64,000 nt of DNA, from assembly GCA_963765575.1 (NCBI GenBank), contig CAVXWZ010000011.1:448001-512000 (forward strand). Reading direction: 5' to 3'. The notes under the pieces were generated by a model, which saw only the letters and a list, made by a program, of their open reading frames with translations, searched no databases and had not been told where the DNA came from. Below are positions 1 through 8,451 of the stretch, piece after piece. Each line of letters starts with the position of its first letter. Positions within the stretch are counted from its first letter, which is position 1. A program made the translations under genes and the position numbers. Origin of the DNA: an uncultured cyanobacterium. Its GTDB lineage: Bacteria; Cyanobacteriota; Cyanobacteriia; PCC-6307; Cyanobiaceae.

Positions 1-1
1 T

Positions 2-328
<327 letters not shown>

Positions 329-405
329 GCGCGTTCAAGACTGTGCTTGTCATGCTGTGGCCTGGTGGCTAGGGATGCAGCAGGACTCCTGTCTCCAGGC
401 CAATC

Positions 406-1206
406 ATGCCGGTTCTGCGCTTCGAACAGACCCATCAGTGCCCTTTCCCGGTAACCACAACAGGCGTAAGCACCGCCTTGACGGTGTGCGAAGTGGGCAA
501 CGACCCCATGCTTGCCTTTCTCACGCAAACCGGCTACAATGACGAGATTGTGTATCTCGCTCTGGGCTGTTGCGTTGAGTATTTCCGCCAGCCAACGCCA
601 GCCAATCGGGAAGTGATTTCCGGGATGGGATTCAATCCGATCACCAAGAAAATCTGGTGTGGATCCACAACCTCCCAGGGGAATGAGGTGTTTTCGTTTG
701 ATCCCGCCACGGGTCAGGAAGTGGCCGCGCTCGATCTGTCGGCAGACAGCACGCTTTCCCTTCCCGGTGGCTTTGCCACCAATGGTCTGTTCTTCGTCCG
801 CGCCTCCGGTAGTAACCTTGAATTGCGCTCCATGGGTGGTGTCAAGCTGGGGCAGATTCAGTTTCCAGGCCGTTCGATCACAGCGATCTCCCAGTCGCCC
901 TGGAGCTGGACCTTTGGCGATAGGGGCAACAACGAGATCGTGGTGATCAATCCCTTCGGTGCCGAGGTCGCAACCGCGCCGGCCCCTGGCTCTGCCGGAG
1001 GGCTGCAGGCCATCGCCTACGACACGGTGAGCGACATGAGCGCCCATCCTCAGGTTTGGCAGCCCGATTGCACCATCGGTGATCCGGGAACGATTCATCA
1101 TCCCGATACCCCCTGGAATCCCACCCCCTGGCAGTTTCGCCACCGGCTGTACGTGGCGAACGAGAACGACCAGATGATCTACGCCGGCTATCTCACGGAG
1201 TCCTGA
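406..1206 (+). CDS. Hypothetical protein, beta-rich, possibly a beta-propeller (YncE/NHL-like)
   Basis: Clean 266-aa ATG ORF with normal composition and repeated blade-like motifs (ISGMGFNPITKKIW, ITAISQS, LQAIAYD, LYVANEND); visibly lower GC than the flanks. Confidence 0.6.
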   Translation: MPVLRFEQTHQCPFPVTTTGVSTALTVCEVGNDPMLAFLTQTGYNDEIVYLALGCCVEYFRQPTPANREVISGMGFNPITKKIWCGSTTSQGNEVFSFDPATGQEVAALDLSADSTLSLPGGFATNGLFFVRASGSNLELRSMGGVKLGQIQFPGRSITAISQSPWSWTFGDRGNNEIVVINPFGAEVATAPAPGSAGGLQAIAYDTVSDMSAHPQVWQPDCTIGDPGTIHHPDTPWNPTPWQFRHRLYVANENDQMIYAGYLTES

Positions 1207-1301
1207 GTCTCGTTCTGTCACTTCGCCCTTGGCCCGAGCCCTGATCGCTGGCGGAATCTCCAGGCCATTCCTAGCCTGGGCCTCCAGCGGCGGAGCTGAC
1301 G

Positions 1302-2629
1302 ATGGCCGATCCAGCGTCCCCCGATCCTGCAACCCCCGATCCGGCACCCCCTGAACCCACGTCCCCCCAGGCCAAACCGGGATGGTGGGCAAACGCCAGG
1401 GGCTGGCTGCGGCAGTACCTGCCGCAGCTGCCCACCCTGGTGGTGGCGTTGGCCACGCTGCTGGGGGTGAGCACCCTGAGCACGCGCATGAGCACTTCGG
1501 AGATGCTCCTCGCCCAGATCGACAACCTCAAGCAAGAGGACAGCCTGCCGCGCAACATGTCGATCCTGGCGATTGAGCACACCCTCGCCAGCCGCAGTCC
1601 GGTGGAGGGCGTGCACCACGATCTGCTGCTCACCCACGTGCTCGGCGAGGTGCTGATGCACGACAAGGCCAGGGGTGATCTGCTGGGGGAGAACAGCGAG
1701 GCGGGCATCCAGCGCCGGGGCCAGATCCAGCGCATCCTGCTGGCCTCGATCCGCGACCTCAACCCCCGCTGCGCCCATGGCTTCACCAACCTGGGCGACG
1801 CCAGCGGAGCGAGCACCGGCAAGACGGGTTGCAGTTCAGCAGCAGCAGCAGCACCCACGGGGCCAGCCCCCGCCAGCCCCTGAGCGAGGTCGTCGCGAGC
1901 CCCGCCTGCCGTCACGCGGCGGCCCTGGGGGTGTGGACCGGCTGGTGGCCTGGGAAGGCCTCCCGCGCCGAGGTGCTGCGCACGTCGGTGCAGCGCCTGG
2001 CCGAGATCACCCCCACCATCTCGGGCGAATCCCAGCTGCCCCTCTCCAGCCAGATCACCACCAGCGCGATCGAGCGCCGGGCCGGAGCGGCGAGCGCGGG
2101 GGCCTCCGGCATCGATCTGGAGCGCCTCAGCCAGGAGCAGATCCGCTCGGCTTCGGAGATCGTGGCCGGTGCCGTGGCGCTCGACCAGCAGAAGCGGATG
2201 GTGTCGGAACGGCACGGCAAGCTGCCGGGCCTGCCCCATGTGTTCATCCACTACGACGACCCGGAGGCGGTGAAGCCGCTGCAGACGCTGGCCGAACGGC
2301 TCAGCGGCTCGGGCGCCTATTTCGTGGACCGCACCCTGCGCCATGTGCCCCCCACTGCCAGGGCCTGTGCCCCCAGCTCCCAGGTGAAGTTCTTCCACCA
2401 GGCCGATCGCGAGCTGGCCACGCAACTTCTGATCGCCGCCAACTCCGGCAGCGGGAACGGGCGCCCGGACACCTGGACCATCGATGACAAGGCCGGTCTG
2501 ATCGACCTCAGCAACTGGAGCCTGGCCGCCAAGGTGCCGCGGGGGCAGCTGGAGCTGTGGCTGATCAGCGACGGCCCCAGCTGCCGGCCGTCCACCGGAG
2601 CTGAGGTATCCACGGCCAGCAGCGACTGA
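1302..2629 (+). CDS. Hypothetical membrane-anchored protein, probably one ~440-aa gene split by a frameshift near 1860
   Basis: ORF 1302-1883 has a Pro-rich N-terminus and one TM helix (LPTLVVALATLLGVSTL). It overlaps ORF 1829-2629, and adding one G to the G-run at ~1859-1862 fuses the frames (...APTG-ASPRQPLSEVV...). Confidence 0.55.
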
Positions 2630-2637
2630 GCCAGGGC

Positions 2638-3084
2638 TCAGCTCGTGAAGCAGGCCAGATCCATCGCGGCAGGGAGGCCTGGCCGCGGCTGCTCCAGCTT
2701 GCGCAGCAGGCGCCGATCCGCCGTGATCAACGTGGCCTGTTCCTGCTCGGCCAGAGCCACATAGAGGCAGTCGTAGGCAGGGTGAACGAGCTCCCGGCAC
2801 CAGTGGCCGGCCCGGGAAAGAAGCGCCGTGGCGGGAACCAGCAGGTGGAACGGCTCGGCAGCACGGTGGGCCAGCACCTGGAACTGCTCGGTGGTGATCG
2901 CCCCCAGCCGCAGGCTTTTCCAGGCCGTGTTCAGCAGTTCCACCAGCACCAGATCCGGCGCCAGCAGGAGCGTGCCCGGCGTGGCCTCCAGCAGCCGGGC
3001 GGCCTGCTGCGATCCCGGCACCGCGGCGAACCAGCCGAAGGCCACCGAAGCGTCCACCACCCAGGTGTGGGGATCAGCGGCCAT
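2638..3084 (-). CDS. PIN-domain (VapC/FitB-like) toxin
   Basis: PIN motifs VVDASVA, APDLVLVE, YDCLYVALA and LITADRRL; overlaps the upstream antitoxin. Confidence 0.9.
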   Translation of the reverse strand: MAADPHTWVVDASVAFGWFAAVPGSQQAARLLEATPGTLLLAPDLVLVELLNTAWKSLRLGAITTEQFQVLAHRAAEPFHLLVPATALLSRAGHWCRELVHPAYDCLYVALAEQEQATLITADRRLLRKLEQPRPGLPAAMDLACFTS

Positions 3085-3307
3085 CGCGATCGTCGCGGAT
3101 CAGGGCTGCCACGTTGAGACTGCGGCCCGCTTCCGGCGTGGTCGCCCGCAGGCGCGCCAGCTCCTCCCGAAGCGACTCGTCTCCGCGAACGGTAGCTGTG
3201 AGCAGATCGCGCAGGCTCTGTTCCAGGGAGACGCCCTGGGCCCAGGCGCGTGCCCGCAGCGCGGCCAGCACCTGGTCGTCCAGTTGCCGGATCAGCACCT
3301 GAGCCAT
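3074..3307 (-). CDS. FitA-like ribbon-helix-helix antitoxin (77 aa)
   Basis: MAQVLIRQLDDQVLAALRARA...SLEQSLRDLL is a FitA/StbC-type RHH N-terminus; C-terminal LIRDDRD; directly upstream of the PIN toxin. Confidence 0.88.
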   Translation of the reverse strand: MAQVLIRQLDDQVLAALRARAWAQGVSLEQSLRDLLTATVRGDESLREELARLRATTPEAGRSLNVAALIRDDRDGR

Positions 3308-3319
3308 CGGGCCTCGAGT

Positions 3320-3341
3320 TGATAGCGCCAATGATAGCGCC
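3320..3341. promoter_or_regulatory. Putative antitoxin operator: TGATAGCGCC direct repeat, 12-bp period
   Basis: TGATAGCGCC at 3320-3329 and 3332-3341, 13-34 bp upstream of the antitoxin ATG; resembles the FitA half-site TGATAGCA. Confidence 0.5.
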
Positions 3342-3440
3342 CAAGGCCTTGGGCGCCCTGGTCGTTGGCAGCGGCGATGTTGCGCATCGTTGCGCTGCCG
3401 GCATCCAGCGTGGCAACGCTGATGCGGTCGTTGCCGAGGT

Positions 3441-4064
3441 GTGTGGATGCCTGCCGTTGTGTTGTTGCTGCGGGCCCGGACTACCCGCCGCTGTTTGCCG
3501 CCCCAGCAGGCGGGATTTTTATTGCCACTGTCGCTGACTGTGGTGCTGTTGTTGATGCTCAGCAGCATGATGCTGCTCACCCTGGCGCTGCAGAGCCGGC
3601 TGCAGGCCGCCGTGCAGCGCCAGCGGCGCCTGGCGGAAGACCAGCTGATCAACGCCGCCCAGCAGTGGGCCGGCCACCTGCAGCGCCACTGCCCGGAAGC
3701 GCTGGCCCATGCCCACGACCGTTGGGACGGGCAGCCCTTGGGCACCGAGCAGGGCTGCGGGGGGCTGGAGGCCGGAGCTGACTACCGGCTGGTGAGCTAT
3801 GCGCCGGGCGGCGACCCCCAGCCGGGCACCGCCCCCGACCAGGGCACCGGCGAACTGGTGCTGGAGCTCAGCGACGCCGAACCCGCCTCGCGCGGCGCCT
3901 TTGCGTTGCACTGGCGGCGGCAGCCAGTTCTCCTGGAGCCCCAGGGCGAGGAAGGTGCCACCACCCTCGGCCCGCCCCAGCTGATGGGCCTGGAGGAGCG
4001 GGGGCTGCGCGCTGCCGCCTCCGCCGCCGCGGCTGGCGCCTCCGAGCTGGAGGTGGGGCCATGA
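3441..4064 (+). CDS. Type IV pilus minor pilin, PilX-like (start uncertain)
   Basis: Prepilin-like QQAG|FLLPLSLTVVLLLMLSS lacking Glu5, as in PilX/GspK; first gene of a translationally coupled four-gene operon. Confidence 0.7.
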   Translation: MWMPAVVLLLRARTTRRCLPPQQAGFLLPLSLTVVLLLMLSSMMLLTLALQSRLQAAVQRQRRLAEDQLINAAQQWAGHLQRHCPEALAHAHDRWDGQPLGTEQGCGGLEAGADYRLVSYAPGGDPQPGTAPDQGTGELVLELSDAEPASRGAFALHWRRQPVLLEPQGEEGATTLGPPQLMGLEERGLRAAASAAAAGASELEVGP

Positions 4065-4408
4065 ACCTGGTGGAAGTGCTGGTGGCCAGCTGCCTGGTGC
4101 TGGGCTCGGCCACGGGGTCGCTGGGCATCTGGGCCCGCACCGTGCACTCCAGCCACGAGGCCGCCGCCCTGCTGCGGCAGCAGCGCCAGGCCGATGAACA
4201 GCTGCTGGCGGTGCAGGCCCAACTGCAGGCCCTGGCCGCCGAGCAACGCGCCAGCGGTGCGCCGGTGCCGGCGGTCTGCCCCGACCTCACAGGCCTGGGC
4301 GTGGAGGGCTCCGGCCCGATCGTCAGCGTGAGCGTGGAGACCGGGGCGGATCAGCGCCGCCAGCGGGTGTTCGACCTGGCGGCCTACGGCCTCTGTGGGG
4401 GGACGTGA
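4061..4408 (+). CDS. Type IV pilus minor pilin, PilV-like
   Basis: MNLVEVLVASCLVLG class III-type helix with Glu5; ATGA overlap with the preceding gene. Confidence 0.7.
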   Translation: MNLVEVLVASCLVLGSATGSLGIWARTVHSSHEAAALLRQQRQADEQLLAVQAQLQALAAEQRASGAPVPAVCPDLTGLGVEGSGPIVSVSVETGADQRRQRVFDLAAYGLCGGT

Positions 4409-4887
4409 TGGGCGTGCGTGTTGATCGCCGCAGCGCTGGCGCCAGCCTGCCGGAGCTGCTGGTGGCGGTGGTGGTGCTGGGGGTGCTGCTGGCGATCGGC
4501 GGCTTCAGCGGGCAGGGCTTTCTGGCCCGGCAGCGGGTGGAGGTGGCGGCCCGCGAGCTGGCGAGCACGATCGAGCGCGAGCGCGATCTGGCCCTGCGCC
4601 ACGGCCGCAGCCGCAGCCTCGCGGTGGAGGGCTCCGGCGGCTTGCTGGCGGCGGCCGCCGTGGCCGGCGGGCGGCTGGAGATCAGCCACAACCTGCCCGA
4701 GCAGCTGCGCTTCACGGCCAACGGCCTGCTGCTCGATGGCGGCACGGTGGTGGTGGAAGGGGCCGGCACCGATCTGCGCCGCTGCCTGGTGATGGCGCTG
4801 CCGATCGGCGTGCTGCGCCTGGGCCGCGACGAGGGATCAGGGGGCGCCGTGAGCGCCAGCACTTGCGTGCGCGACGAGGGGGCGTGA
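4405..4887 (+). CDS. GspH/FimT-family pseudopilin
   Basis: G|ASLPELLVAVVVLGVL prepilin site; ARELASTIERERDLA helix; LRFTANGL...GGTVVV...RRCLVMALPIG C-terminus. Confidence 0.8.
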   Translation: MMGVRVDRRSAGASLPELLVAVVVLGVLLAIGGFSGQGFLARQRVEVAARELASTIERERDLALRHGRSRSLAVEGSGGLLAAAAVAGGRLEISHNLPEQLRFTANGLLLDGGTVVVEGAGTDLRRCLVMALPIGVLRLGRDEGSGGAVSASTCVRDEGA

Positions 4888-5498
4888 TGGGGGCTCTAGG
4901 CCGGAATCGGGGCCAGCGCCGCGATGGCTTCACGCTGGTGGAGCTGCTGGTGACGCTGCTGCTCTCGGGCCTGGTGCTCACCGCCGTGCTGCAGCTGCTG
5001 GTGGGCGACCTGCGCCAGGTGGGCCGGCTGGGCCGCTGGCTGCGGGAGCGGCAGGCGGGCGAGCGCACCCTGGCGCTGCTGCGCGAGGAGCTGCAGCGGG
5101 CCGAATGGGTGAGCCTGGGGGCCGCAGGGGCGCCGCTGCCGGCCGGCTGCGCCCTGGCGGGCCGCGCTCCGGTGCTGCTGCTGCAGGGCCGCACGGCTGG
5201 CGGGACGCCGGCCGCGGTGCTCTACACCTACGGCCCGGCGCCCTCGGCGATCTGGCGCGGGGCGGTGCTGATGCGCTGCGGCCCGGCCTACGGCCTCGAT
5301 GGCGACTGGAGCGAGGGCTCACCGGTGGCGCGGGTGCTGATCGATGCCCTGCCGGCCGCCGGCGGTTTCGCCGTGACCGGCAGCGTGCCGGGGGTGCTGC
5401 GGCTGGAGCTGGAGCGCCAGCTGGCCGATGGCCAGACGATCCGCCAGCAGCAGGTGGCCCTGGGGGCGGGGCCGCCGGCGGCCATGGATCAGCCCTAG
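4887..5498 (+). CDS. Type IV pilus minor pilin, PilW-like
   Basis: RRDG|FTLVELLVTLLL prepilin cleavage/methylation motif; LMRCGPAYGLDG motif; TGATG coupling. Confidence 0.8.
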   Translation: MGALGRNRGQRRDGFTLVELLVTLLLSGLVLTAVLQLLVGDLRQVGRLGRWLRERQAGERTLALLREELQRAEWVSLGAAGAPLPAGCALAGRAPVLLLQGRTAGGTPAAVLYTYGPAPSAIWRGAVLMRCGPAYGLDGDWSEGSPVARVLIDALPAAGGFAVTGSVPGVLRLELERQLADGQTIRQQQVALGAGPPAAMDQP

Positions 5499-5569
5499 AA
5501 GCGGACACAGGCAAAGGACGGCCGCCCCTGCCGGCCAGGTTCCAGGTCTGCTTCCCCCCACTGCGATCA

Positions 5570-5586
5570 CCCCCGGTTCGCGGGGG
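5570..5586. terminator. GC hairpin between convergent genes (possible terminator)
   Basis: CCCCCG-gttcg-CGGGGG inverted repeat; no clear U-tract. Confidence 0.3.
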
Positions 5587-5652
5587 CTGAGGAGGGCTGG
5601 GTGGTGGATGACATCGACGCGGTCATCGAGGCCCTGAGGCTGCGCTGTGACG

Positions 5653-6300
5653 TCAGCCGTCGAAGTCGTGGCAGAGGAAGGAGCCGTCGGGACGGCGCAC
5701 CAGGTTGCCCTGGTAGGCGCCAGTGCGGGCGATGCGGTCCCAGTAATCCATCTTGTCAGTGCCGAAGGTGAACGAGAGCAGCACCACCGGTGGATCACAG
5801 GTTCCCGGTTCGGTGGAGTGGATGAACTTGTCGCCAAAGATGATGCCCTTGCCGATCCGGTAGGGATAACGCCCTTCGCTGCCATCGGTCTTCTTGTAGA
5901 GCAGAGCGGCGGGAGGGTCGCCCAGTTGCAGGGGGGTGATCAGGGTGAAGGCCTGCTGGAGCGTGTCGATCCAGTCTTCGTGGAAGCTGGGGGCCGAGCA
6001 ATGGCTGCGCTGCACCAGGAAGCCGGAGTAGAGCCGCGGGGCGTGCTCGAGATCCAGCAGAGGCCGCACCACCTGGGCGCCGCCGAGATCATCGAACAGC
6101 TGCCGGTAGACGCGGAACATCGCCAGGCTGTTGGGGGAGATCCAGGCGATGTCGCTGTGTCAGGGGGGGTGCAGCACCTGGAAGTCTGCTGATTGCCGAT
6201 ACATCTCCAGGTGGGGCTTCAGACGTTGCAGCTCTCCAGCATCGAGATCCACTTCAAGCACGTTGGCGGCATCGAGCTCGGGGTTGTGGAAGGGGAACAT
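5653..6300 (-). CDS. 2OG-Fe(II) oxygenase-like protein interrupted by one in-frame TGA at 6160-6162
   Basis: ATG at 6300; the two ORFs are in the same frame (...VLHPP*HSDIAWISPNSLAMFRVY...); HxD motif (FHED) and distal His (FIHSTEP). Confidence 0.6.
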
Positions 6301-6310
6301 CGTGGGCGGT

Positions 6311-7838
6311 TCAGCCGGGGAAGACGCCCAGAGCCTGCAGGGCCGGCCAGCGCCCGCCGCTGAAGCGCTCGATCTCCTGCTGCAGCACATCGAGGGGCGG
6401 CTCGGGCCCCAGGGCACTGAGGCCCGCCTGCACGCAGCCGCTGAGCAGCTCGCCGCTGAGCCCCTGGCTGAGGCCAGTGGCCATCAGCTGTTCGCTGGGG
6501 GGCACGGCGACAGCCTGGCCGATGCGGGCTGCGGCGAGGGAGCCGAAGGCCGCGCCCTCGGCGCTGAGCCTGGCGATGGCGCGGTTCACGCCCTGGAAGC
6601 CAGCCAGGGCCTCTCGCCAGCGCCGCCGCGGTCCAGACCCAGCCGGCCGGCGGCCAGCAGCAGTGCCACCTGCACCACGAGGTCTTCCGGCGGCTGCGGG
6701 CATGCCGCCAGCAGCGCGGCCAGGGGCTGGGGCCCGGGCGCCAGGGCCTCCTCCAGTGCCCGGTAGGCCTCCAGGTGGCCGGTGACATCGCCGTAGCTGG
6801 TGGAGAACACATAGGCCTCCAGGGGCGGGGCCTCCTGCGGCCGCACCTGCAGCGCCGCCAGCCGCTCCTCGCGGGCCGAGGCGGTGAGCCGGCATTCCCC
6901 GAGCACGAACAGATCACGGCGGAAGCACTTGTTGGTGGCCAGATCCACGAGCAGCTCGCGTACGCGGGGGTTGGCCTCCTGGCGCAGCACGGCCTGCACC
7001 TGGGGCGGCAGCAAGTGGGGGAAGAGCTCGGAGAGGTGGGCAGAACAGATGTAGCTGAGCTTGTGGGCGGCGCAGCGTTCATGCAGCTGGTGCACGTAGA
7101 GGGGCTGCCAGCCGTCATTGGCGTATTCCTGGCTGAGGTAGAGGGGCGGGAAGCTCTCCAGCAGGTCCAGGTCGTTGCGCAGGCCGGGGCAGGCCTGGGC
7201 CAGGGTGGTGGGGTCGGCCCCGTCGCCCAGCAGCGCCTTGAGGTGGTGGCGGCCCGCTGAATCGGCTGCAGGGCAACGGCGGGATCGCTGCGCCGCCGCT
7301 CCATGCCCACCAGCTGGTGCAGGGCCGTGCGGCCCAGCCAGCCGGGAAAGCAGTTGTAGGAGCAGTAAAACAGGCCGCCGGGACGCAGGCAGGAGGCCGC
7401 GGCTGCAAACAGAGCCTGCTGCACGGGCTCCACCACCCAGGTGGCCACGCCGTGGGCACCGACGTAGTCAAAGCGAGGGGCGCCGCCGGCGGCATCCGCC
7501 AGGGGGTTTGGATCACTGGCGAGGGCGAGCACATCAGCCTCCAGGAAGCGGATGTTGCTGAGCTCCAGAGCGGCGGCGAGGCTTTCGGCCTGAGCGATGT
7601 GGGTGGGCAGGAAATCCACGCCCACGAAGGGTCCTTCAGGATGCAGGGCGGCCAGCAGGCAGAGGCCGTAGCCGGTGCCGCAGCCCAGATCGAGATAGCG
7701 GAAGGGAGCGCCGTCGCTGGGGCGGCCGGGAGCCACCCCCTTCACCAGGGCGGCGAAATCGATCCAGCCCGGCGCCATCTCCCGGTAGTAGCCGCTGGTG
7801 TAGGCGGCATGGGAGTAGTAGCCATGATCCCAGCTCAT
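6311..7838 (-). CDS. Class I SAM-dependent methyltransferase with methyltransferase regulatory domain; several frameshifts
   Basis: MSWDHGY...YTSGYYREMAP, YLDLGCGTGYG, FDYVGAHGVATWV, FYCSYNCFPGW, YLSQEYANDGWQPLY and FRRDLF motifs spread over three frames. Confidence 0.8.
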
Positions 7839-7866
7839 GGCGCGGTGCTCAACGGGGGCGGGGCAT

Positions 7867-7893
7867 AAAAAGGCGGCCGTGGTGCGGCCGCCT
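7867..7893 (-). terminator. Rho-independent terminator downstream of the pilin gene
   Basis: Minus strand AGGCGGCCG-cacca-CGGCCGCC-TTTTT. Confidence 0.8.
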
Positions 7894-7906
7894 CATGGTG
7901 CGGCGC

Positions 7907-8333
7907 TTAGGCAGATGGCCCTGGGCGTTCAGGCGCCGGGGGTGACGGCGCCGTTGGCGTCGATCGAGGCCGCCCAGTACGGGCGTTGGTGCCCTCGCCT
8001 GCCGTCACCGTGTAGGTAGTGTCCAATGCGCAGGCGGAGGTCTGATCTGCACCCTGGTGCGGTCGACGCCGGTCTCGAACTGTCTTCGTCGCCGGTGGCC
8101 AGCAGGGCTGCGCAGTTCTTGGCGGCAGCGGTGGCCGCCACATTGGCGGTGTTCTCGTTGGCACGGCCGATCTGGTTCACGTAGGCGCCATAGCCCACGC
8201 CACCGAGCACGCCCAGGATCACGATCACCACCAGCAGCTCGATCAGGGTGAAGCCCTGGGCCGACTCCGGTCGATGCCGCGCGGGAGTTGAGCAGTTGCA
8301 GCAGCAGCCGCTGCCTGTAGGTGGAGCAGACAT
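7907..8333 (-). CDS. Type IV major-type pilin (PilA-like); frameshifted in leader and C-terminus
   Basis: AQG|FTLIELLVVIVILGVLGGVGY prepilin motif; cyanobacterial-type leader (TYRQRLLLQLLNSR) in an adjacent frame; Ala/Thr/Asn-rich body; followed by a strong terminator. Confidence 0.8.
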
Positions 8334-8451
8334 GGGGAGGGAGGAGCGACTCTACTGATCCAGCGAAGCAAACACGGGGTTCGCTGGGGCAGGCCCTGGC
8401 AGGTGAAGTCACCGAGAGATCGCTGAGATCCGACACAGCCGGCGGGGCCGA

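Noticed and set aside
1837..1853. (CAG)5 microsatellite as a phase-variation switch at the split gene
   Set aside because: Triplet slippage cannot change frame; the adjacent G-run explains the split
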